Shown piece by piece: positions 1 through 8,448 of a stretch of DNA of 32,000 nt (position 1 is its first letter; the number at the start of each line of letters is the position of its first letter). The notes under the pieces are model-generated. The model saw only the letters and a list, made by a program, of their open reading frames with translations. It was not told where the DNA came from and did no database searches. The position numbers and the translations under genes were made by a program. Where the stretch lies: NCBI RefSeq assembly GCF_900187275.1, contig NZ_LT906458.1, forward strand, positions 30,001 through 62,000, in the 5' to 3' direction. The DNA comes from Pasteurella multocida (GTDB lineage: Bacteria > Pseudomonadota > Gammaproteobacteria > Enterobacterales > Pasteurellaceae).

Positions 1-442
1 CCGTTTGTTTAATTTGATGTGCATTCCATTCCGCTAAACCATACACCGCTTGTGTGAGCAATTCAGGATGTTGATGCTCAAAACCATAAAACGTGCGATA
101 AAATGCCGCATTATTCACACGAAATGCGCCAGATAAGTCAAAGACTTTGCATTGATGTTGTAAAAAAACAGGTGCAAGATCATGACTGACTTCATGGGCT
201 GTGGCGAGGAACACGAGATCGACTTGTTGTGCGAGGGGACTTAATTGCTCTGGGAGTGGCTGTAAAGGTAAATCCACAAGATGCTTGAGTTGTGGATAAA
301 TTTCACTCATGCATTTATTGGCATCTTGGCTTTGGCGAGAGACGTACAGTCCGGTGAGCTCAAACTTGGGGTGTTTGATTAAAATACGGGCAAGTTCAGC
401 CCCCGTATAACCACTTGCACCAATGATAATCGCTTTTTGCAT
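1..442 (-). CDS. argC: N-acetyl-gamma-glutamyl-phosphate reductase, N-terminal part (gene continues past window start)
   Basis: Reverse-strand reading from the ATG (complement of 440-442) gives [21 protein letters not shown]...[15 protein letters not shown]...[10 protein letters not shown]...YGLAEW, with no stop before position 1. The blocks match remembered E. coli ArgC. It is missing from the ORF track because it is open-ended. Confidence 0.9.
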   Translation of the reverse strand, partial: MQKAIIIGASGYTGAELARILIKHPKFELTGLYVSRQSQDANKCMSEIYPQLKHLVDLPLQPLPEQLSPLAQQVDLVFLATAHEVSHDLAPVFLQHQCKVFDLSGAFRVNNAAFYRTFYGFEHQHPELLTQAVYGLAEWNAHQIKQT

Positions 443-477
443 ATTGTGTTGTGCCTTATAATAAGATAAATTTTTTA

Positions 478-516
478 AATGACTAATTATGCTATTATTA
501 TGCATAAATATTTAAA
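478..516. promoter_or_regulatory. Candidate ArgR operator: two 18-bp ARG boxes separated by 3 bp in the divergent argC/argE control region
   Basis: Box 1 (478-495, AATGACTAATTATGCTAT) matches the ARG-box consensus WNTGAATWWWWATTCANW at about 15/18 positions. Box 2 (499-516, TATGCATAAATATTTAAA) matches at about 16/18. The 3-bp spacing is as in E. coli arg operators. A TATAAT lies at 457-462. Confidence 0.5.
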
Positions 517-550
517 AGGCAATGTCTTTCTATTTATCAAGGGAAAAACG

Positions 551-1699
551 ATGAAAAAAATTCCTTCTTTTTTGCAAATGTATTCCGCACTGATCGCTTC
601 ACCAACGATGAGTAGTATTGATCCACATTTTGATCAATCTAACCGCACCTTAATTGAATTATTAGCGAATTGGCTGAGTTCCCTTGGTTTTAAAACAGAG
701 GTTATTCCTCTAGAGGGGAGTCGTGATAAATTTAATTTATTAGCGACTTATGGTGAAGGGGAAGGCGGTTTACTCTTAGCGGGACATACAGATACTGTGC
801 CTTTTGATGAGGGGCGTTGGCAGTTTGATCCGTTTAAACTTACTGAAAAAGACGGTAAGTTTTATGGTTTAGGCACGGCAGATATGAAAGGGTTTTTTGC
901 TTTTGTCATTGATGCGGTAAGCCAGTTGGATTTAACGAGATTGACAAAACCCTTGCGCATTTTGGCGACGGCGGATGAAGAAACTACCATGTTAGGAGCA
1001 AGAACTTTTATTCAACATAGCCATATTCGTCCTGATTGTGCGATTATCGGTGAGCCAACATCATTAAAGCCTATTCGTGCGCATAAAGGGCATGTAGGTG
1101 AAGCGTTACGAATTACAGGAAAAAGTGGACATTCGAGCGATCCTAGCAAGGGGATTAATGCGATTGAATTAATGCACGAGGCAACGGGTTATTTAATGCA
1201 AATGCGGGATGAATTACGCCAGAAATATCATCATGCTGCATTTAATATCCCTTATCCAACGATGAATTTTGGCGCTATTTCAGGGGGAGATGCGGTGAAT
1301 CGTATTTGTGCTTGCTGTGAATTGCATTTTGATATTCGCCCTTTGCCGAATTTACGTTTAACGGATCTGAATGAAATGTTACAAGCAAAATTAGCCCCGA
1401 TGTTTGAAAAATGGGGGGATCGCATTTCGTTACAAGCTTTGCATGACCCTATTCCAGGCTATGAATGTGCGCATTCGGCACAAGTGGTGCAGGTGGTGGA
1501 AAAATTATTAGGTGAGCAATGTGAGACGGTGAACTATTGTACGGAGGCGCCTTTTATTCAACAGCTTTGTCCGACCTTGGTATTAGGTCCGGGATCCATT
1601 GAGCAGGCACATCAACCAGATGAATTTTTATCTGCTGAATTTATTGATCCAACTCGCGAGTTATTGAGCAAACTGATTGGGCAGTTTTGTACAGGCTAA
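551..1699 (+). CDS. argE: Acetylornithine deacetylase
   Basis: The ORF 479-1699 aligns along its length with remembered E. coli ArgE ([69 protein letters not shown]). Start is taken at [11 protein letters not shown] (ATG 551), which matches the E. coli N-terminus. The upstream 24 codons overlap the operator. Confidence 0.93.
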   Translation: MKKIPSFLQMYSALIASPTMSSIDPHFDQSNRTLIELLANWLSSLGFKTEVIPLEGSRDKFNLLATYGEGEGGLLLAGHTDTVPFDEGRWQFDPFKLTEKDGKFYGLGTADMKGFFAFVIDAVSQLDLTRLTKPLRILATADEETTMLGARTFIQHSHIRPDCAIIGEPTSLKPIRAHKGHVGEALRITGKSGHSSDPSKGINAIELMHEATGYLMQMRDELRQKYHHAAFNIPYPTMNFGAISGGDAVNRICACCELHFDIRPLPNLRLTDLNEMLQAKLAPMFEKWGDRISLQALHDPIPGYECAHSAQVVQVVEKLLGEQCETVNYCTEAPFIQQLCPTLVLGPGSIEQAHQPDEFLSAEFIDPTRELLSKLIGQFCTG

Positions 1700-1718
1700 A
1701 TGCTAGATCAAGATCGAA

Positions 1719-1765
1719 AAAGTGCGGTCTGTTTTAAAAAAGTTTTCTCAAACAGACCGCACTTT
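1719..1765. terminator. Bidirectional rho-independent terminator built from an inverted USS pair (argE / glycosyltransferase convergent ends)
   Basis: A 16-bp perfect stem (AAAGTGCGGTCTGTTT ... AAACAGACCGCACTTT) has an A/T-rich loop. It contains AAGTGCGGT at 1720-1728 and its complement at 1756-1764. Confidence 0.8.
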
Positions 1766-1784
1766 GGATGCGTATTTTGAGTAG

Positions 1785-2573
1785 TTATTTTAATAAATCT
1801 TCATTTTTCGCATGAATCCATTTACCGCGTTTTTTATCTATATATTGGAAATATTCGTTGGTAAAGGTGCCTTGTGAACAGGTGAGCTTATCTAGACGGG
1901 AATTCACCTCTTTATTTTCTAGTGCTTTGATCAGCGTTTCGGGACCTGTTAAGCAAAATACACCGCCCTCAATCCGTTTTTGTTCAATGTTGCTAATAAT
2001 GATTTCAAGCGTATCTTTTAAGAAAGGATTGCCTTTGGCACTGGCTAAAAAGAAGTTGGTATAACGACCTCGGCGAGAAATGACCACTTCGCTATCCTCT
2101 TCATCAATAATGCTGTCAAGGCACCACACTAAGTGTCCATCAATATCCATATAGATACCACCTTCATGATAGAGAGTGAATATACGCCAGAAATCCGCTT
2201 GTGCCGCCCCATCGGTCAGCTTGCTATAAGCGTTAAAAGTACGTTCATCTGCATGGGTTTTGATGTAGTCTGCACGGGCTTCCGTACTGACATAGCGATA
2301 ATCGTAACTTAACGATAATAAACGGTTAAAGAGATAGTTACAGTAAACGGGTAATGTCACTTTATTACTGTAATTGGTTTGCCAAATTACACGATTAATT
2401 TTGGTTTTTTTATGGGATTGGCGTTTAGCAGGACTAAATTCGGGAATGGTGAAACGCATTTTAGGAAATAATGCATGAAAAGGATAACTTAAAGTTTTAA
2501 CGATATTCCCGAGTAGGCGAGTCATACCATTGGTTATCAGAATGAGGTGTTTATTTTTAACAGGTTTATACAT
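1785..2573 (-). CDS. DXD-motif glycosyltransferase (GT32 / Gly_transf_sug-like), probable surface-glycan or LOS transferase
   Basis: This 262-aa ORF carries the motif [20 protein letters not shown], the (R)xxxLxxxGGxYxDxD pattern of Och1-like/capsule-type sugar-binding glycosyltransferases. The region is visibly AT-rich. Confidence 0.6.
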   Translation of the reverse strand: MYKPVKNKHLILITNGMTRLLGNIVKTLSYPFHALFPKMRFTIPEFSPAKRQSHKKTKINRVIWQTNYSNKVTLPVYCNYLFNRLLSLSYDYRYVSTEARADYIKTHADERTFNAYSKLTDGAAQADFWRIFTLYHEGGIYMDIDGHLVWCLDSIIDEEDSEVVISRRGRYTNFFLASAKGNPFLKDTLEIIISNIEQKRIEGGVFCLTGPETLIKALENKEVNSRLDKLTCSQGTFTNEYFQYIDKKRGKWIHAKNEDLLK

Positions 2574-2683
2574 GACAAAAGTCCGTTTTCTTTAAATAGA
2601 GGGAAATTTGGGATACTTTATCATTTTATGTAAGAAAGAACAAAAGGCTTGTATGAAATGAAAAAAGATTTTTAGAGAAGAAG

Positions 2684-2759
2684 TGGTGGGCGATACCGGT
2701 CTCGAACCAGTGACCCCCTCCTTGTAAGGGAGGTGCTCTCCCAACTGAGCTAATCGCCC
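2684..2759 (-). tRNA. tRNA-Val (anticodon UAC), copy 4 in transcription order
   Basis: The reverse complement GGGCGATTAGCTCAGTTGGGAGAGCACCTCCCTTACAAGGAGGGGGTCACTGGTTCGAGACCGGTATCGCCCACCA is 76 nt with an encoded CCA. The anticodon loop is CTTACAA. It is near-identical to E. coli tRNA-Val(UAC). Confidence 0.97.
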
Positions 2760-2822
2760 TTCAGATTTTGTCTTTTTAACAGGAAAAATGGCAAAGTTAT
2801 GAAGCGTTATTTCAAGTCTAAG

Positions 2823-2898
2823 TGGTGGGCGATACCGGTCTCGAACCAGTGACCCCCTCCTTGTAAGGGAGGTGCTCTCCCAACTGAGCTAATCGCCC
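2823..2898 (-). tRNA. tRNA-Val (anticodon UAC), copy 3
   Basis: The 76-nt sequence is identical to the 2684-2759 copy. Confidence 0.97.
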
Positions 2899-2949
2899 AC
2901 TTGAGACTTAAAATATTGGGTGAATTTTATGGATTGGAACACATAAAAG

Positions 2950-3025
2950 TGGTGGGCGATACCGGTCTCGAACCAGTGACCCCCTCCTTGTAAGGGAGGT
3001 GCTCTCCCAACTGAGCTAATCGCCC
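2950..3025 (-). tRNA. tRNA-Val (anticodon UAC), copy 2
   Basis: The 76-nt sequence is identical to the 2684-2759 copy. Confidence 0.97.
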
Positions 3026-3066
3026 GCATAAAATTCAATCACAACATTGGACACTTTGTTGAAAAG

Positions 3067-3142
3067 TGGTGGGCGATACCGGTCTCGAACCAGTGACCCC
3101 CTCCTTGTAAGGGAGGTGCTCTCCCAACTGAGCTAATCGCCC
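3067..3142 (-). tRNA. tRNA-Val (anticodon UAC), copy 1 (promoter-proximal)
   Basis: The 76-nt sequence is identical to the 2684-2759 copy. Confidence 0.97.
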
Positions 3143-3159
3143 AAATGTTGTGAGGTGGC

Positions 3160-3187
3160 ATTATAATTATTACTTCTATTCAGTCAA
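3160..3187 (-). promoter_or_regulatory. Strong sigma70 promoter of the tRNA-Val array
   Basis: The minus strand reads TTGACT (3187-3182), a 16-nt spacer, then TATAAT (3165-3160), followed by the GC-rich discriminator GCCACCTC. An A/T-rich UP-like tract lies upstream. This layout is typical of stable-RNA promoters. Confidence 0.6.
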
Positions 3188-3325
3188 CAAGTTTTTACAA
3201 AAAAAGCGTTAATTGTTTTAAAAGTAGGCATAAAATCACATTTTTTATTCGGAAATATGGAAACTCATAGTACAATATGGCACAAATTTTTTGATGTAAT
3301 TTAAGGTAAGAGAAAAGGTTATAAG

Positions 3326-4768
3326 ATGAAAGCAGAAGCATTATTTGATTTAGATCCTGGTGTGAAAGTGCGCACCCGTTTTGCGCCAAGTCCAACAGGC
3401 TATTTACATGTAGGGGGCGCTAGAACGGCACTTTATTCTTGGCTCTATGCAAAACATCACCAAGGCGAATTTGTTTTACGTATTGAAGATACCGACTTAG
3501 AGCGCTCAACACCAGAAGCGACTGCCGCCATTTTAGAAGGAATGGCGTGGTTAAATTTAGCTTGGGAATATGGTCCATATTTTCAAACCAAGCGTTTTGA
3601 TCGTTATAACCAAGTGATTGATCAAATGATCGAACAAGGGTTAGCCTACCGTTGTTATTGTTCAAAAGAACGTTTAGAAGATTTACGCAACACGCAAGAA
3701 CAGAATAAACAAAAAACCCGCTATGATCGTCATTGTTTAGGTGATCATAAGCACTCACCAGAACAACCGCATGTGGTGCGTTTCAAAAATCCAACGGAAG
3801 GCTCCGTGGTGTTTGAAGATGCAGTGCGTGGACGTATTGAGATCAGTAACGCAGAGTTAGATGATTTGATTATTCGCCGTACCGATGGCTCACCAACTTA
3901 TAATTTCTGTGTGGTGGTGGATGACTGGGATATGGGCATCACGCATGTGGTGCGCGGTGAAGACCATATCAATAATACGCCACGTCAAATTAATATTTTA
4001 AAAGCCTTAGGCGCACCCATTCCAACTTACGCCCATGTGTCGATGATTTTAGGTGATGATGGACAAAAATTATCCAAACGTCATGGCGCGGTGAGCGTGA
4101 TGCAATATCGTGATGATGGTTACTTGCCTGAAGCGTTATTAAATTATTTGGTGCGTTTAGGTTGGGGACATGGCGATCAAGAGATTTTCTCCGTAGAAGA
4201 AATGATCAAGTTATTTGAGCTTGAAAGTGTGAGTAAATCAGCCAGTGCGTTTAATACGGAAAAATTATTGTGGTTAAATCATCACTATATACGTGAATTG
4301 CCAGCAGAATATGTGGCTAAACATTTAGCATGGCACTATCAGGATCAAGGCATTGATACCTCCAATGGACCTGCATTAGAAGACATCGTAAAAATGTTGG
4401 CTGAACGTTGTAAGACACTCAAAGAAATGGCTGCCGCAAGCCGTTATTTCTTCGAAGATTTCGACAGCTTTGATGAAGCCGCAGTGAAAAAACATTTCAA
4501 AGCAGCTGCGATTGAACCACTTGAGAAAATCAAAGAAAAATTGACCGCACTTGAAAGCTGGGATTTACACAGTACGCATCAAGCCATTGAACAGACTGCC
4601 GCTGAATTAGAATTGGGGATGGGCAAAGTTGGGATGCCATTACGTGTTGCGGTAACTGGTTCTGGTCAATCACCTTCTATGGATGTAACTCTAGTGGGCA
4701 TTGGCAAGGCACGTACGCTTGTGCGTATTCAAAAAGCGATTGATTTTATTAAAAGTCAAAATGTCTAA
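3326..4768 (+). CDS. gltX: Glutamate--tRNA ligase
   Basis: This 480-aa ORF has the class I HIGH motif ([15 protein letters not shown]) and KLSKR. It is near-collinear with remembered H. influenzae GltX. It is divergent from a tRNA-Val operon, as in E. coli (valU-gltX). Confidence 0.97.
   Translation: MKAEALFDLDPGVKVRTRFAPSPTGYLHVGGARTALYSWLYAKHHQGEFVLRIEDTDLERSTPEATAAILEGMAWLNLAWEYGPYFQTKRFDRYNQVIDQMIEQGLAYRCYCSKERLEDLRNTQEQNKQKTRYDRHCLGDHKHSPEQPHVVRFKNPTEGSVVFEDAVRGRIEISNAELDDLIIRRTDGSPTYNFCVVVDDWDMGITHVVRGEDHINNTPRQINILKALGAPIPTYAHVSMILGDDGQKLSKRHGAVSVMQYRDDGYLPEALLNYLVRLGWGHGDQEIFSVEEMIKLFELESVSKSASAFNTEKLLWLNHHYIRELPAEYVAKHLAWHYQDQGIDTSNGPALEDIVKMLAERCKTLKEMAAASRYFFEDFDSFDEAAVKKHFKAAAIEPLEKIKEKLTALESWDLHSTHQAIEQTAAELELGMGKVGMPLRVAVTGSGQSPSMDVTLVGIGKARTLVRIQKAIDFIKSQNV
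4544..4552 (-). repeat. Uptake signal sequence core (complement of AAGTGCGGT), inside gltX
   Basis: Exact 9-mer ACCGCACTT. Confidence 0.8.
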
Positions 4769-4804
4769 TATTTAGGCTTCTGTTTAAATATCAGCAATTT
4801 GAGG

Positions 4805-4833
4805 TTGACAGTTTGTGTGGCGGAATTTATTAT
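4805..4833 (+). promoter_or_regulatory. sigma70 promoter for tRNA-Ala
   Basis: TTGACA (4805-4810), a 17-nt spacer, then TATTAT (4828-4833), followed by the GC-rich discriminator ACCGCCACG about 20 nt before the tRNA 5' end. Confidence 0.6.
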
Positions 4834-4854
4834 TACCGCCACGACATTTCTGAT

Positions 4855-4932
<78 letters not shown>

Positions 4933-5017
4933 AATCATCTTCTAAGTCTTTAATTCGTCTTTTAAAGCTTATTCTTTGTTTAGTCTGAAAATAAATTACC
5001 AATCCTGCACTAAAGCC

Positions 5018-5025
5018 TGTATAAT
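5018..5025 (+). promoter_or_regulatory. Candidate extended -10 promoter (TGTATAAT) for pnp
   Basis: TGTATAAT at 5018-5025 has a weak -35. It would give a leader of about 185 nt before the pnp GTG. Confidence 0.35.
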
Positions 5026-5097
5026 AGCCGAGCTTTATTTTCTGTATTAACGCGTGCGGCTATCAAAAGTGATTTTACGAACAGTACTGAAAAGCAA

Positions 5098-5106
5098 AAG
5101 TGCGGT
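5098..5106 (+). repeat. Uptake signal sequence core AAGTGCGGT, in the pnp leader
   Basis: Exact 9-mer. Confidence 0.8.
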
Positions 5107-5216
5107 TGGAAAGTGAGATTATTTTTGCTAGTCGCAATTGGAAAATAGAGCCATTTTTTTATTCACAAGTTAATGAAATTGTTGATTTCATTAGCCATTT
5201 TAAAAGGAACATTCTC

Positions 5217-7361
5217 GTGAATCCAATTGTTAAACAATTTAAATATGGTCAACATACTGTTACGCTAGAAACGGGTGCAATTGCACGCCAAGCAACGGCA
5301 GCAGTGATGGCAAGTATGGATGATACTACTGTGTTTGTCACAGTGGTTGCCAAAAAAGATGTGAAAGAAGGTCAAGACTTCTTCCCATTAACTGTTAACT
5401 ATCAAGAGCGTACTTATGCTGCAGGCCGTATTCCTGGTGGCTTTTTCAAACGTGAAGGTCGTCCTTCTGAAGGCGAAACTTTAATTGCTCGTTTAATTGA
5501 CCGTCCAATTCGTCCTCTTTTCCCAGAAGGTTTTTATAACGAAATCCAAATCGTGGCGACAGTGGTGTCTGTTAATCCGCAAATTTGTCCAGATTTAGTG
5601 GCAATGATCGGTGCATCTGCGGCACTTTCTTTATCAGGTGTGCCATTTAATGGCCCTATCGGTGCGGCACGTGTTGGTTTTATTGATGATCAATTTGTGT
5701 TAAACCCAACCATGAACGAGCAAAAACAAAGCCGTTTAGACTTGGTTGTCGCGGGAACAGATAAAGCGGTGTTAATGGTGGAATCTGAAGCCGATGTATT
5801 AACCGAAGAACAAATGTTAGCTGCGGTGGTGTTTGGTCATCAGCAACAACAAGTGGTGATTGACGCGATCAAAGAATTTACCGCAGAAGCCGGTAAACCG
5901 CGTTGGGATTGGGTGGCACCTGAACCAAATACCGCGTTAATTGAAAAAGTGAAAGCGATTGCAGAAGCGCGTTTAGGCGAAGCATACCGTATCACTGAAA
6001 AACAAGCACGTTATGAACAAATTGATGCGATTAAAGCTGATGTGATTGCACAAATCACAGCTGAAGTAGCAGAAGGCGAAGACATCAGTGAAGGGAAAAT
6101 TGTCGATATTTTCACCGCACTTGAAAGCCAAATCGTACGTAGCCGTATCATTGCTGGTGAACCACGTATTGATGGTCGTACAGTGGATACTGTTCGTGCA
6201 TTAGATATTTGTACTGGTGTTTTACCACGTACACACGGTTCTGCGATTTTCACCCGTGGTGAAACACAGGCGTTAGCTGTCGCGACATTAGGTACAGAAC
6301 GTGATGCACAAATTATTGATGAATTAACAGGTGAGCGTTCAGATCACTTCTTATTCCACTACAACTTCCCGCCATATTCTGTGGGTGAAACCGGTATGAT
6401 TGGTTCACCAAAACGTCGTGAAATTGGTCATGGTCGTTTAGCGAAACGCGGTGTAGCTGCAGTGATGCCAACACTTGCCGAGTTCCCGTATGTGGTACGT
6501 GTTGTCTCTGAAATCACAGAATCAAATGGTTCTTCTTCTATGGCATCGGTTTGTGGTGCGTCTTTAGCATTAATGGATGCGGGTGTACCAATTAAAGCGG
6601 CGGTTGCAGGTATTGCAATGGGCTTAGTCAAAGAAGACGAAAAATTTGTGGTGCTTTCAGACATCTTAGGTGATGAAGATCACTTAGGTGACATGGACTT
6701 CAAAGTCGCGGGTACACGTACGGGTGTGACGGCATTACAAATGGATATCAAAATCGAAGGTATCACAGCAGAAATCATGCAAATTGCGTTAAACCAAGCG
6801 AAAAGCGCACGTTTACACATTTTAGGTGTGATGGAGCAAGCGATCCCAGCGCCACGTGCGGATATTTCTGATTTTGCACCGCGTATTTACACTATGAAAA
6901 TTGATCCGAAGAAAATCAAAGATGTGATCGGTAAAGGTGGTGCAACCATTCGTGCCTTAACAGAAGAAACAGGTACCTCAATTGATATCGATGATGATGG
7001 TACGGTGAAGATTGCTGCGGTTGATGGCAATTCAGCAAAAGAGGTGATGGCGCGTATTGAAGATATTACTGCAGAAGTTGAAGCGGGTGCAGTGTATAAA
7101 GGTAAAGTTACTCGTTTAGCTGATTTTGGTGCCTTCGTTTCTATCGTAGGTAACAAAGAAGGCTTAGTGCATATTTCTCAAATCGCGGAAGAGCGTGTTG
7201 AGAAAGTGAGTGATTATCTTGCAGTGGGGCAAGAAGTGACTGTTAAAGTGGTTGAGATTGATCGTCAAGGTCGTATTCGTTTAACCATGAAAGAAGTTGC
7301 ACCAAAGCAAGAACACGTTGATTCTGTTGTCGCAGACGTTGCCGCAGAAGAAAACGCATAA
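5217..7361 (+). CDS. pnp: Polyribonucleotide nucleotidyltransferase (PNPase)
   Basis: From GTG 5217 (SD AAAAGGAA upstream) the product [44 protein letters not shown]... is near-identical to remembered H. influenzae PNPase, with KH and S1 domains at the C-terminus. The ORF-track extension 5100-5216 is untranslated leader. Confidence 0.96.
6114..6122 (-). repeat. USS core (complement), inside pnp
   Basis: Exact 9-mer ACCGCACTT. Confidence 0.8.
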
Positions 7362-7369
7362 GCAATAAA

Positions 7370-7402
7370 CACCAACGCCCTTCGTGATAAAGGGCGTTGG
7401 TG
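7370..7402 (+). terminator. GC-rich hairpin after pnp (partial terminator or RNA-stabilising stem)
   Basis: A 13-bp stem (CACCAACGCCCTT / AAGGGCGTTGGTG) has a 7-nt loop and no clear U-run. nlpI starts 43 nt downstream. Confidence 0.45.
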
Positions 7403-7444
7403 TGCATGTTGATAAGTACAATTTGTGCTTTAAGGCGAAGCGAA

Positions 7445-8341
7445 ATGAAGCAATTTCATCCGTGGTTAAAGTGCCTGCTAATTTTCCCATTTTGGGTATG
7501 TTGTTTAACAGCTTGTGTTAATCATGAACAAGTTTTTCTTTCAAAAGAGAAATTAATGTTAGCAGAGCAACATCCGAATGATCATCTTGAGCATGAGGTG
7601 ATGGTTGCGCAAATTAGCGAATTGTTACTTGTTAAAGGGTTAAAAAAAGAAGAACGTGCGATTTTACATTTTGAGCGAGGCGTGCTGTACGATAGCTTAG
7701 GATTGTGGGCATTGGCGCGTTATGATTTTGACCAAACATTAGCGTTGTATCCAAAGTTGGCAGCAGCGTTTAATTATTTAGGTTTATATTTATTGTTAGA
7801 GGAAGATTACAGCGCATCTCTAGATATCTTTAATGTGTTGTTTGAACTTGATCCTCAATATGAGTATGCATTCCTAAATAGAGGGCTAAATTTTTATTAC
7901 GTCGGACGTTATGAATTAGCTCAGCGGGATTTTCTTCAATTTTATCAAGCCGATAAATCAGATCCATACCGCACTTTATGGCTTTATTTAAATGAATTAA
8001 AGCATAATCCTCAGGATGCTTCTAAAAATCTTGCTCAACGAGCAATGGGGCTTTCTGATGAATATTGGGGTACGTATTTAGTCCAATATTATTTGGGAAA
8101 GTTATCAGTTAAGGCATTATTTGCTCAAGCACAGCAATTTGCACAAACGAATCGTGCAAAATATGCAGAAATTCTAACTGAAACCTACTTTTATTTAGCA
8201 AAACTAAAACTCAATTCGGGTCAAATTAATGAGGCGGAAACGCTATTTAAACTGGCCATCGCAAACCAAGTGTATAACTTCGTTGAGTATCGTTTTGCGC
8301 TGTTTGAACTCTTGAAATTGAAGCAAAGTTCAAAACCATAG
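7445..8341 (+). CDS. nlpI: Lipoprotein NlpI (TPR repeat)
   Basis: MKQFHPWLKCLLIFPFWVCCLTAC contains a lipobox (LTAC). TPR-like repeats follow. The pnp-nlpI-deaD order matches E. coli. Start is moved to ATG 7445, in frame with the ORF at 7397. Confidence 0.85.
   Translation: MKQFHPWLKCLLIFPFWVCCLTACVNHEQVFLSKEKLMLAEQHPNDHLEHEVMVAQISELLLVKGLKKEERAILHFERGVLYDSLGLWALARYDFDQTLALYPKLAAAFNYLGLYLLLEEDYSASLDIFNVLFELDPQYEYAFLNRGLNFYYVGRYELAQRDFLQFYQADKSDPYRTLWLYLNELKHNPQDASKNLAQRAMGLSDEYWGTYLVQYYLGKLSVKALFAQAQQFAQTNRAKYAEILTETYFYLAKLKLNSGQINEAETLFKLAIANQVYNFVEYRFALFELLKLKQSSKP
7968..7976 (-). repeat. USS core (complement), inside nlpI
   Basis: Exact 9-mer ACCGCACTT. Confidence 0.8.
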
Positions 8342-8402
8342 TGGCATGCTTTATGCCATAGGCTGTTGTAAAACGTGAAAACGCGCAACATTGATTACAC
8401 TG

Positions 8403-8432
8403 GCTCACCAGCATAGTGAGCATTTCTTTTTT
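8403..8432 (+). terminator. Terminator-like hairpin plus U-run in the nlpI-deaD spacer (possible attenuator in the deaD leader)
   Basis: Stem GCTCAC (8403-8408) / GTGAGC (8416-8421) has a 7-nt loop and is followed by TTTCTTTTTT (8423-8432). It ends 17 nt before the deaD ATG. Confidence 0.35.
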
Positions 8433-8448
8433 ATATTCGAGTACTTTA

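Noticed and set aside
45-53. ACCGCTTGT, the complement of the Apl-type USS core ACAAGCGGT, inside argC
   Set aside because: It is a single occurrence against 18 Hin-type cores, so most likely chance.
2405-2411. A7/T7 run in the 5' third of the glycosyltransferase gene, as a possible phase-variation tract
   Set aside because: Seven residues is shorter than the tracts usually associated with slipped-strand switching. No tetranucleotide repeats of the kind found in Haemophilus LOS genes are present in this gene.
1766-2683. Looked for a duplicated tRNA 3'-end (att-like direct repeat) or an integrase flanking the glycosyltransferase next to the tRNA-Val array
   Set aside because: No partial copy of the tRNA-Val 3' segment and no recombinase gene is present. 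There is no support for a classical tRNA-integrated island.
2684-3142. Regularly spaced identical 76-nt repeats with unique spacers, superficially CRISPR-like
   Set aside because: The repeats fold as canonical tRNA-Val(UAC) with an encoded CCA. Repeat length and spacer sizes do not fit CRISPR, and no cas genes are present.
3249-3296. 15-codon mini-ORF (METHSTIWHKFFDVI) upstream of gltX, and other tiny ORFs in the spacers at 10288-10347 and 24241-24279
   Set aside because: They have no SD, no known leader-peptide logic (no Glu codon run for gltX) and are very short. They are indistinguishable from chance.
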